The notes beneath the pieces were generated by a model that saw nothing but the letters and a program-made list of their open reading frames with translations, did not search any database and was not told the DNA's origin. The translations under genes and the position numbers were made by a program. 64,000 nt of DNA from Polyangiales bacterium. GTDB taxonomy: Bacteria > Myxococcota_A > Polyangia > Polyangiales > Polyangiaceae. Location: NCBI GenBank assembly GCA_038230375.1, contig JBBRNJ010000018.1, positions 32,001 to 96,000 on the forward strand, in the 5' to 3' direction. Of this stretch, positions 56,029 to 64,000 are shown piece by piece. Each line of letters starts with the position of its first letter. The first letter of the stretch is position 1.

Positions 56029-58601
56029 GGCTTCTTGTCGAGTGTGACGGCCCACGCCGCATCGGAGCGCGCCTTGAGCGCCTGCGTGAGCGCCTGCGTC
56101 GCGCGGTCCTCGAGCGCGTCGACCCGTGCGATCAGCGCGTCGGTGTCGCTGACGACCTCCGGGAAAACCTCGCTCACGAGCCTGCATTCGAGCGCCGTTC
56201 GGGCAAGCGCCTGCTCGTCGCGCAGCACGCCGAAGATCCCCGAGCGTGTCCACGCATCCACCCGGTCTTCAGCGGTACCCTGCGCGCCCTCCAGCTCCGT
56301 CCACCAGCGCTCCAGGAATGAAACGCAATGCGTGAGCCGCTCCAGGTCGAAGCGCGCGATCTTCTGCGCCGTCTTCTCAGGCATGCTGCGCGCGAGCGCC
56401 GCGACCACCACGGTGGACTCCTCCGGTCCCGACTTCGCGTCCAGCTTGGCCACACGCAACGCGATGTCGAGCAGGGTGAATGCTCCCGGCGCGCGCTTGT
56501 CGGCGGCGCGAAGATGTCGGTAGGTGTTCTTGTCGAGTGGCGTCTCCGGCGGACGCGGTGTTATCTCCGCGCTACGCACCAGCGTGTCCGCCGTCATCCC
56601 GATGATGTCCTTCGGCAGGAGCGCACCTTCCAGGCTCGCGGCCGCAAGCGTCGTGAGCAACCGGTCCACCTCTTCCACCAGCTTCACGCGATCCGGCGCC
56701 TTGATTCGCGCGAACGTGGCCGCGCACAGCGGCAGGAGCCGCGGCCCAACGACGCGCGTCTTGAGCTTGCTCGGCGCCCTGCCCAGCTTCGAGAGGCGCG
56801 CGGCGCACGCGTCGATGGTGTCCAGCGGGCCAGCGATCGCCAGCACCAGCGCCGCGAGCTCGTCGCCCTCCTTCGTCATGGCCTGGGCGACGTCTGCGCG
56901 CAGGCCTTCGTCCATGATCTGCGCGACCTCGGTCTCCAGTCGCTGCGTCGCCACCTGCCACGCGTCGGCGCCGTCGTCCGCCGCGGCTCCTTGTGCGGCG
57001 ATGCGCGTGCGTTCGGACGCATATTCCTCGAGGCCCGCGATCAATTGCTCCGCGATCTTGGCGGCTGCAAAGCTGCCTTCGGGCGGCTTCGCCTGGAGCG
57101 CTGCGGCGCGTGGAGACGCACCTCGCTGTGCGGCTTCGTCGATGAGGCCAAGGGCACGTCCACGCAGCCAGCGCGCCACGGGGCGTGTTGCGCCCGCGGC
57201 CTGCTCCACCTCGGCGGCGAGCGCCGAGAGCTCCCTTGCGACCGCAAGAGCGTCCTTGTGCGCGGCCTCGCCCGGCGCGCGAATACCTGCCGCGAGCGCG
57301 CGTTGCGTGAGCTCGGACACCACGTCACCGAGCAACTTCTGAGACTCGACGACCCCGAGCGGACCTTCCACCGAGAGCAGCGCCTGCGTCGCCGCGACGA
57401 GCGTGGGCACGTCATGCGTGTTGGGAGAGGTCCCGACCGAGCGGAGGCGCACGGCCTCGGGGGAGGGCGGCAACGCGCTCTTCTTCTTCTTTCCAGACGT
57501 GAGCGGCGCGGCCGGCAGCTTCTGTATGCAGCGGTCGAAGATCTCTCGCTCCGCGCGCACGATCGAGAGCTGACGACGCTCCCGCGGGTCGGTCTCCGTC
57601 TTGAGCAGCGCGTTCAACGTCTTCGGCAGCGGACCTGCGAGCACCAGCGAGTAACGCAGGCCGTTGACGTCGCCGTGATCGACCTCCAGGTCGCGATCGG
57701 GCCTGAAGAATATGCGATCGAACACGCACACCGCTCGCAGGAGCTTGCCCAGGCGAACCGCGGTGCGCGTGGACAGATAGCGCGTGGGCAGGAACTGCGG
57801 GTCGCTCCGTGTGGTCTGCGCGAGCTCCTCGTCGAAGAGCGCGAGCAGCTTGCTCAGGCGGTCCAGGACCGCATCCGGGATCGGCACCGCATCCGCCACG
57901 GCCTGCAGCGCATCCAGGTCCTGGATCGTGAGGTCGGTCGTGAACGGCGCGCCCTGACCCAGCTGCCGCTTCAGCACGCGCGGCAAGCTCGTGTCGTCGC
58001 CGAAGCCCTTCGGGATGAACGATACGAACGCGATGCGATCCACGAACGCGAGCAGCGTCTCGCGCGAGCCCTCGAGCACCTCCGCGAGGTAGCGGTTGGT
58101 GGTCATCAGCGCGCACTCGATCTGGCCGCGCGTGGTGCGCCCGCCCTGCTTCAGCTCGCGCTCCTGCAGCACGTTGAGCGTGGACCGCAGCAGCATGTCG
58201 CGCCCGTCGAAGACCTCGTCCAGGAACGCGTGCACGGCCCCGAGCATGCCCTCGTCGGTGAAGTGCTCCGTGCGACCGGTCTCCATCAGTGTCTTGAAGT
58301 TGATGGGGCCGACGAGATCCGTCTGTACCGTGCTCTCCGTGAACTGCTTCGCGAAGACGCTTGGCGCGCGGCTCTGTTCGTCGACGATGCGCCGGAGGAC
58401 GGCGGAGGCGATACCGCTCTTCGCGGTGCCGGGCGGCCCCGTCATGAGGCAGTGCTCGCGTGCGAGCAGGCCCAGCGCCACCTGCGCGAGCAGCTCCTCG
58501 CGCTCGACGAACGTCTTGCCGAGCTCGTTGAAGAAGGCGGCGAAGCGCGCTGCGGCGACCGTGAAGCGCTCGTTCTCGATCGGAAGACCGGGAGGGACCA
58601 T
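56025..58601 (-). CDS. RavA/MoxR-type AAA+ ATPase with long helical C-terminal extension
   Basis: FVEREE, GPPGTAKS (Walker A), FLDEVFDG (Walker B), TTN, AFVDR, LSTRT. Confidence 0.88.
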   Translation of the reverse strand: MVPPGLPIENERFTVAAARFAAFFNELGKTFVEREELLAQVALGLLAREHCLMTGPPGTAKSGIASAVLRRIVDEQSRAPSVFAKQFTESTVQTDLVGPINFKTLMETGRTEHFTDEGMLGAVHAFLDEVFDGRDMLLRSTLNVLQERELKQGGRTTRGQIECALMTTNRYLAEVLEGSRETLLAFVDRIAFVSFIPKGFGDDTSLPRVLKRQLGQGAPFTTDLTIQDLDALQAVADAVPIPDAVLDRLSKLLALFDEELAQTTRSDPQFLPTRYLSTRTAVRLGKLLRAVCVFDRIFFRPDRDLEVDHGDVNGLRYSLVLAGPLPKTLNALLKTETDPRERRQLSIVRAEREIFDRCIQKLPAAPLTSGKKKKSALPPSPEAVRLRSVGTSPNTHDVPTLVAATQALLSVEGPLGVVESQKLLGDVVSELTQRALAAGIRAPGEAAHKDALAVARELSALAAEVEQAAGATRPVARWLRGRALGLIDEAAQRGASPRAAALQAKPPEGSFAAAKIAEQLIAGLEEYASERTRIAAQGAAADDGADAWQVATQRLETEVAQIMDEGLRADVAQAMTKEGDELAALVLAIAGPLDTIDACAARLSKLGRAPSKLKTRVVGPRLLPLCAATFARIKAPDRVKLVEEVDRLLTTLAAASLEGALLPKDIIGMTADTLVRSAEITPRPPETPLDKNTYRHLRAADKRAPGAFTLLDIALRVAKLDAKSGPEESTVVVAALARSMPEKTAQKIARFDLERLTHCVSFLERWWTELEGAQGTAEDRVDAWTRSGIFGVLRDEQALARTALECRLVSEVFPEVVSDTDALIARVDALEDRATQALTQALKARSDAAWAVTLDKKP

Positions 58602-58691
58602 GCGAACGCCAGCATATCCAGAACGGGTGCGAAGGGGCTCACGTCGTTGAGTTCACGCTCGTGAAGGGCTAAGCATTCCTCCCCCCTCGGT

Positions 58692-60611
58692 ATGAGCATG
58701 CCCAACACCCCCAAAAAACCAGAGCGCGCGTTCTCGGAACTCCTCCGCCACGACGGCGCGTTCACGGTCGACGGCGCGATGGGCACGCAGCTCTACGAGC
58801 GCGGCGTCCTCTACAGCATGTGCTTCGAGGAGCTGAACCTGTCGCGTCCGGAGCTCATTCGCAAGGTCCACGAGGACTACATTCGCGCCGGCGCCACCCT
58901 CATCGAGACGAACACCTTCGGCGCTCATGCCATGCGCCTGGAGAAGCACGCGCTCTCGCATCGCGTGCGCGAGATCAACCTGGCCGCAGTGAAGATCGCG
59001 CGGGACGCTGCGGACGGTCGGGCCTACGTGCTGGGCGCCATCGGGCCCAGCGGCTACTTCCTGGGCGAGGCAAGCGCCGACGATCTGTTGAAGGTGCGCG
59101 CATCGCTCCTCGAGCAGGCACACGTCCTCGTCGAGGCCGACGTCGACGCGATCGTCGTGGAGACGTTCCGGCAGACGAACGAGCTGCGCGTGGCGATCGA
59201 GGCCGCCGTCAGCGCATCGGGCGGAAAAATCCCCGTGATCGGCTCCGCCTCCGTGGACGAGCGCAGCGCGATGGCGGATGGAACCACCGCAGGCGAGATC
59301 GCACGGCTCATGAAGGAATGGGGCGCGTCCGTCGTGGGCGTGAACTGCTCCGACGGACCCATGACCGCGCTCGAGGCCGTCGAGCAGATGCTCCCGCACG
59401 GCCTGCCGGTATGGGCAGTGCCGAACGCAGGTCTGCCGCGTCGCGTGGACGAGCGCCTGGTGTACGTCTCCACGCCGGAGTACTTCGGCATCTACGCGCG
59501 CCGCATGTTCAAGCTGGGCGTTCGCTTCGTCGGCGGGTGCTGCGGTACCACGCCGGACCACGTGCGACGGATCTCTGCCTCCGCGAAGATGATCTCCCAA
59601 CGCGATCCCGACGGGACGCCCGAGAGCGAGTCGCAGGCGGGCATGCTCGCTCGCGGAGAGTCGTGGTCCGCGTACCCGGAGGCCATCGAGAACGCGATGG
59701 TCCCGGTGCCGTTCGCGGAGCGCAGCCCGCTGGCGAAGAAGCTCGGCAAGCGCTTCGTGGTCAGCGTGGAGGTCAATCCGCCCGTGGGCATGAACCCCGC
59801 CCGCGCCGTGGAAGCCGCGAAGATGCTCAAGGCCGGCGGCATTGACTTCATCAACATCGCCGACGGCGCGCGCGCGCAGGCCCGCATGTCGAACCTGGCC
59901 ATGGCAGTGCGCATGTCGCGCGAGGCCGACATCGAGACCATCGTCCACGTGTGCGGCCGCGACCGCAACCTGCTCGGCACGCTCGCGCACCTCTTGGGCG
60001 CGCACGATCTCGGCATCCGCAACCTGGTCATCATCACCGGCGACCCACCGAAGATGGGCGATTTTCCCGACGCGAGCGCCGTCTACGACCTCGACTCGAT
60101 CGGCATCCTGAAGCTCGCGTCGCGCCTGAACCACGGCATCGACCCGGGTGGCAAGCCGCTGGGCGGCGTGACGTCATTCGTGCTCGCGACGGGCGCGGAG
60201 CCAGCCGCGCTGAACTACCCGCGCGAGATCTCCCGCCTGGAGCTGAAGAAGGCCGCAGGCGCGGAGCTCATCATGACGCAACCCGTGTATGATGCACGCG
60301 TCTTGAACAAGTTCCTGGACGACATCGCGCCGCTCGATCTGCCGGTGCTCGTCGGGGTGCTTCCGCTCGCCAGCTATCGCAACGCGGAGTTCCTCCACAA
60401 CGAGGTGCCCGGCATGCAGGTGCCGGAGCACATTCGCGACCGCATGCGAAAGGCTGGCGCAGGCGTCGAGGGTCGCAAGGAGGGCGTGAAGATCGCGCGC
60501 GAGCTGCTGGCCGAGGTGCGCGGTCGTGTCGCCGGTGCGTACGTGATGCCGCCGCTCGAGCGCTATGAGCTCGCGCTCGAGGTCGTCGACGGCTTCCTGG
60601 AAAAGACATGA
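58692..60611 (+). CDS. Bifunctional homocysteine S-methyltransferase / methylenetetrahydrofolate reductase (YitJ-type)
   Basis: DGAMGTQL, IETNTFGA, GVNC, PNAGLP, GGCCGTTP; MTHFR half CGRDRN, ITGDPP, MTQPVYD, FLHNEVPG. Confidence 0.95.
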   Translation: MSMPNTPKKPERAFSELLRHDGAFTVDGAMGTQLYERGVLYSMCFEELNLSRPELIRKVHEDYIRAGATLIETNTFGAHAMRLEKHALSHRVREINLAAVKIARDAADGRAYVLGAIGPSGYFLGEASADDLLKVRASLLEQAHVLVEADVDAIVVETFRQTNELRVAIEAAVSASGGKIPVIGSASVDERSAMADGTTAGEIARLMKEWGASVVGVNCSDGPMTALEAVEQMLPHGLPVWAVPNAGLPRRVDERLVYVSTPEYFGIYARRMFKLGVRFVGGCCGTTPDHVRRISASAKMISQRDPDGTPESESQAGMLARGESWSAYPEAIENAMVPVPFAERSPLAKKLGKRFVVSVEVNPPVGMNPARAVEAAKMLKAGGIDFINIADGARAQARMSNLAMAVRMSREADIETIVHVCGRDRNLLGTLAHLLGAHDLGIRNLVIITGDPPKMGDFPDASAVYDLDSIGILKLASRLNHGIDPGGKPLGGVTSFVLATGAEPAALNYPREISRLELKKAAGAELIMTQPVYDARVLNKFLDDIAPLDLPVLVGVLPLASYRNAEFLHNEVPGMQVPEHIRDRMRKAGAGVEGRKEGVKIARELLAEVRGRVAGAYVMPPLERYELALEVVDGFLEKT

Positions 60612-61978
60612 CGGCTCTGCGCCACGCCGGGTCGCTCGCAGCCGCGCGCTTCTTGACGGTGGCGGTCCTCTCGCTCGGCCTCTCTGCGTGTGCTTCGTCG
60701 TGCGACAAGGGCAGCGGCGACCCCACGCCAGATGCGGGCGCGCGCACCACCGATGCCGCGACCGAGCGCACGGCCCGCTGCACGGGGCCGGTAAGCCAGC
60801 GCGCGCTGGCATCCGTGACCGAGGTGGGGCCGGCCGTCGTGCTCGGGCGCACCGTCGCGATCGGCGTGCTGTTCGATCCGGGCGGCGGTGGCGGTGTTCA
60901 TCAGGGCGTCGTCCTCACCGACGACGCAGTGTCGAAGGTCACCGTGAAGGATCTCGGCGTGGGCATCGCCGACGGTCCGCCTCCGCGACCGTTCGTGGGC
61001 GGAGCGGACCTCTGGGTCGCATTCCACCCAATGCCTGCTCGCGATGCGGGTGCGGGTGCGTCGCCGCACGGCCTCGTGCTGCGCGCCCAGAAGCTTCTCG
61101 ATGATGCCGGAGCTCCGATCGAGTTCGCGCGCGGCGGCAGCTCGTCGCTCGCGTTCGACGTCGCGTGGGCGAAGGGCTCCGTGATCGCCGCGTGGGAAGA
61201 GGACGTGGAGCGGCGCGGCGTGATTCGAATCGCGCGCGCGGGCAAGGGCGCGCTCACGATCTCCCCTGCAACGACGGACGCAGAGGAGCCGAAGCTCCTC
61301 GCGCTCGCCGACGGTCGCGTTGTCGTCGCGTGGACTGGTCGCCGTGACGAGCCGGTGGACGCTGGACGCGAGCACGAGCTGGAGCGGCCCTCGGAGGCGC
61401 GCGCGTTCCGATGGGCCGAGGTCGCGTTCGCCGATCCCGACAAGCTCGATCCGTCGCTCGGGAAGCCGCTCGAGGACGGGGGAGCGCCGAAGCCCCTCTT
61501 CACTCCGTATCGCGCGTCAGCGGAGAACGGCCACGTGGTAGCCGTGGAGCTCGGCGCCGCACCCGGCGGAGCCGTTGCCTTCGTGCAGGACGACGGCGCG
61601 GAGGCCGATGGCGCGGGTGGGCGCATTCTCTCCTTCGTGCTCACGCCCTCGCAGGCTCGCGACACGCGGGTGCTCGTGGCCCGCAACGTCGGGCACGCGC
61701 TCTTCGACTACCTGCCGGTGTCCGCGACCGCGGAGGGTCCAGAAGGGGCGGCGTTCATCTCGTTCGCCGACGTCGCCGAGCACCAGATGCTGGCGCAGAG
61801 CGCCGCGGACTCCACCGCGACCCTCGAGCCCACGATGGACCCCGGGCGGCCACTCGCCATGCTTCCCGCTCCGGGACGCGGCGTGGAACGACGCGTTCTG
61901 GCCTTGAAAGTGCCTGGTGCCACTGGCGGAAACGGTTCCTCCCCCGCGGAGCTATGGGTGCTGACGTGCACGCCGTAG
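60608..61978 (+). CDS. Hypothetical lipoprotein (beta-rich)
   Basis: ATGA overlap; lipobox LSAC; D-A-G motifs; VIAAWEE, VVVAWTG. Confidence 0.75.
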   Translation: MTALRHAGSLAAARFLTVAVLSLGLSACASSCDKGSGDPTPDAGARTTDAATERTARCTGPVSQRALASVTEVGPAVVLGRTVAIGVLFDPGGGGGVHQGVVLTDDAVSKVTVKDLGVGIADGPPPRPFVGGADLWVAFHPMPARDAGAGASPHGLVLRAQKLLDDAGAPIEFARGGSSSLAFDVAWAKGSVIAAWEEDVERRGVIRIARAGKGALTISPATTDAEEPKLLALADGRVVVAWTGRRDEPVDAGREHELERPSEARAFRWAEVAFADPDKLDPSLGKPLEDGGAPKPLFTPYRASAENGHVVAVELGAAPGGAVAFVQDDGAEADGAGGRILSFVLTPSQARDTRVLVARNVGHALFDYLPVSATAEGPEGAAFISFADVAEHQMLAQSAADSTATLEPTMDPGRPLAMLPAPGRGVERRVLALKVPGATGGNGSSPAELWVLTCTP

Positions 61979-62105
61979 AAGGACATTTGCGGGCCTTCGA
62001 GCGGCCACCCTTGCCGGCATTGCCCCCTTTCGAGTACGGTTCTTGCCGTATGAACCGCGGTGCACGAAATGAACGTGCGAACCTCACCTCTATCTGCATG
62101 AATCT

Positions 62106-62179
62106 GGGCCCATAGCTCAATCGGTCAGAGCCCCCGGCTCATAACCGGGCTGTTCCTGGTTCGAACCCAGGTGGGCCCA
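62106..62179 (+). tRNA. tRNA with CAT anticodon, probably tRNA-Ile2 (lysidine); CCA not encoded
   Basis: Acceptor GGGCCCA/TGGGCCC + A; D-arm GCTC..GAGC; anticodon arm CCCGG-CTCATAA-CCGGG; T-arm CCTGG-TTCGAAC-CCAGG. G1-C72 pair argues against fMet. Confidence 0.93.
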
Positions 62180-62216
62180 CGGACTTCCGAACGGAAATCT
62201 CGAAGGAGCGCGCGCA

Positions 62217-62957
62217 TTGAGTAGCGTCACCGAACAAATCAAAGCCCTGGAAGACCTTGCCGCCATGGACGCCGAGATGAAATCCATCTCGGACAAGCTC
62301 GGCGAGGAGCGCACCACCTTGGCCGCGCTGACGGAGGGCCTGAACAAGCTGGAGACGAAGCTCACCGCCGACCGCGCGCACCTCGCTCAGACCGAGAAGA
62401 CGAAGGGCGAGTGTCAGCTGGAGGTCCGCAACATGACCAACCAGATCGAGCACTCGCGAGAGAAGCTCAATCGCTCTCGCACGGAGCGCGAATCCAACGC
62501 CGCCCAGCGCGAGATGGAGGAGCTCCGCAAGCTGCTCAAGGATCGCGAGGACGACGTGCAGAAGCTGGCCGCAGAGGCCGACGGCGTGCACGCGCAGATC
62601 ACCACGACCGAGGCGCAGGCCCAGGTCATCCGTGGTGAGCTCGCCGCGCAGAAGGACGGTATCGAGTCCAAGATGGCGGAGCTCGAGAAGCAGAAGTCCG
62701 GCAAGGAGAGCCCCCGCGACATCCTCGCAAAACGCATCCCGCCGATCCTCTACCGCCGCTACGAGCAGCTGCGCGGCAAGCGCGTCTACGCCGTGACGCG
62801 GACCACGGATGGCACGTGCAAGGCGTGCAACATGGGGCTCCCACCGCAGATGTTCCACAAGCTCCGCCGCGAGCCCACGATCGACCAGTGCCCCTCCTGC
62901 AACCGCATCATCTACTATGTGGCGCCGGCCGCCGCGGCCCCCAAGGACGACGCATGA
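62217..62957 (+). CDS. Coiled-coil + C4 zinc-ribbon protein (DUF164/zf-RING_7, CT398/CdsZ-like)
   Basis: Long coiled coil; YEQLR; CKACNMGLPPQ...CPSCNRIIY. Confidence 0.92.
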   Translation: MSSVTEQIKALEDLAAMDAEMKSISDKLGEERTTLAALTEGLNKLETKLTADRAHLAQTEKTKGECQLEVRNMTNQIEHSREKLNRSRTERESNAAQREMEELRKLLKDREDDVQKLAAEADGVHAQITTTEAQAQVIRGELAAQKDGIESKMAELEKQKSGKESPRDILAKRIPPILYRRYEQLRGKRVYAVTRTTDGTCKACNMGLPPQMFHKLRREPTIDQCPSCNRIIYYVAPAAAAPKDDA

Positions 62958-62976
62958 ACACGTCGGCGAACCCGAA

Positions 62977-64000
62977 ATGAAGAGCTGCCCCACGTGCAAG
63001 CGCAGTTTCCCGGATGACGCGGGCTTCTGCCCGGCGGACGGTACTGGGCTCACGTTCGCCAGCATGGTGCCGGTCGCAGGCACCTCCGACGATCCGCGCG
63101 TTGGGCAGAAGCTCTGCAACCGCTACGACATCCGCCGCGTCGTCGCAGACGGCGGCATGGGCCGCGTGTACGAGGGTATCGACAAGAACAACAACGAGCG
63201 CATCGCCGTGAAGGTTCTCCACGACGACGTCTCCAAGGACGAGGTCTCGCTCGAGCGCTTCAAGCGTGAGTACAGCATCTCGTCGCAGATACCGCACAAG
63301 CACATTGTCCGCGTGTTCGACTTCCAGCGCGACGAGGTCGCGGGCGTGTGGATGCTCGCCATGGAATTCCTCGACGGCGAGGAGCTGCGCCTGGTGCTGA
63401 AGCGCGAGAAGAACATCGCTCCCGAGCGCGTCATCCGCATGATGTCGCAGACAGCGCTCGGCCTGGACGAAGCGCACGCTCGCAAGTTCGTCCATCGCGA
63501 CCTGAAGCCCGACAACCTCTTCTTGTGTGGCACGCGCGACGGCGACGAAGTGAAGATCCTCGACTTCGGGTCCGTGAAGGACACGAACAAGGATGCGAAG
63601 AAGCTGACGGTGCTCGGCACCACGATCGGCTCGCCCTACTACATGGCACCGGAGCAGGCGCAGGGCCTGGACACGCTGGACGCGCGCGCGGACGTGTTCG
63701 CCCTCGCGGCGATCGCCTACGAGTGCCTCACTGGCTCCGTGCCATTCACGGGCACCAACGGCCCGAGCATCCTGCTCTCCATCCTCACCAAGGATCCCGT
63801 CCCGCCGAGCGAGGCGGGCAAGGCATCCAAGCACCCGGTGCCGCAGACCATGGACGACGTGATGGAGGTGGCGCTCGCAAAGAACCCGGCCATCCGCACG
63901 AAGAGTGTCGGCGCACTCGCGGACGCCATCGGTCAGGCGTATGGGCTCGCAGGTGACCATCGCGTGTGGGCAACGACGCCTGTCTCGGATCTCGCGCGCC
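62977..64000 (+). CDS. Ser/Thr protein kinase with N-terminal zinc ribbon, 3'-truncated (not in ORF track)
   Basis: MKSCPTCKRSFPDDAGFCPADG; ADGGMGRVY, IAVK, HRDLKPDN, LDFG, GSPYYMAPEQ; open to the window end. Confidence 0.93.
   Translation, partial: MKSCPTCKRSFPDDAGFCPADGTGLTFASMVPVAGTSDDPRVGQKLCNRYDIRRVVADGGMGRVYEGIDKNNNERIAVKVLHDDVSKDEVSLERFKREYSISSQIPHKHIVRVFDFQRDEVAGVWMLAMEFLDGEELRLVLKREKNIAPERVIRMMSQTALGLDEAHARKFVHRDLKPDNLFLCGTRDGDEVKILDFGSVKDTNKDAKKLTVLGTTIGSPYYMAPEQAQGLDTLDARADVFALAAIAYECLTGSVPFTGTNGPSILLSILTKDPVPPSEAGKASKHPVPQTMDDVMEVALAKNPAIRTKSVGALADAIGQAYGLAGDHRVWATTPVSDLAR

Noticed and set aside
56328..58664. Very long antisense/alternative-frame ORFs (also 10611-12386, 41816-43459, 51867-53402 and others)
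   Set aside because: Shadow ORFs expected in high-GC DNA; no motifs, Arg/Ala-rich, and overlapping genes with clear family signatures
62106..62179. tRNA as initiator tRNA-Met or as a prophage/island attachment site
   Set aside because: G1-C72 pair and no three consecutive G-C anticodon-stem pairs argue against fMet; no integrase or duplicated 3' end seen

Overview
GC-rich, gene-dense bacterial chromosome segment, most likely a myxobacterium (Myxococcota, Polyangiales-like). This is inferred from a TIGR04563/MXAN_4361-type small protein, three Ser/Thr kinases, Cys-rich repeat lipoproteins and many D-A-G-linker lipoproteins. It holds about 57 CDS and one tRNA (anticodon CAT, probably Ile2). 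Housekeeping genes include purE-purK, trmO, a 2-oxoacid dehydrogenase E1 alpha/beta pair, an S41 protease, ssb, rpmE-DUF1385-prfA, a HIT protein and a YitJ-type methionine synthase/MTHFR. No transposase, integrase, prophage or CRISPR array was seen. Most interesting observations: (1) a lipoprotein with a Fam20C/Four-jointed-like secreted-kinase fold behind a ~55-residue Ser/Thr tract; (2) two perfect TTTAC-N5-TTTAC (CpxR-type) boxes, one before a CpxP/Spy-like gene and one before a DUF1549/DUF1553 + DUF1501 pair, suggesting a shared envelope-stress regulon; (3) an enlarged RavA-like AAA+ / vWA pair; (4) a DUF4397-ECF sigma-RskA operon with a SigK-type promoter and a long, possibly switchable leader; (5) (GAGGTC)n hexamer tracts at several gene ends; (6) repeated signs of leaderless mRNAs; (7) a 41-aa basic microprotein missed by the ORF track. 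All family assignments come from motif recognition by eye, not database searches.
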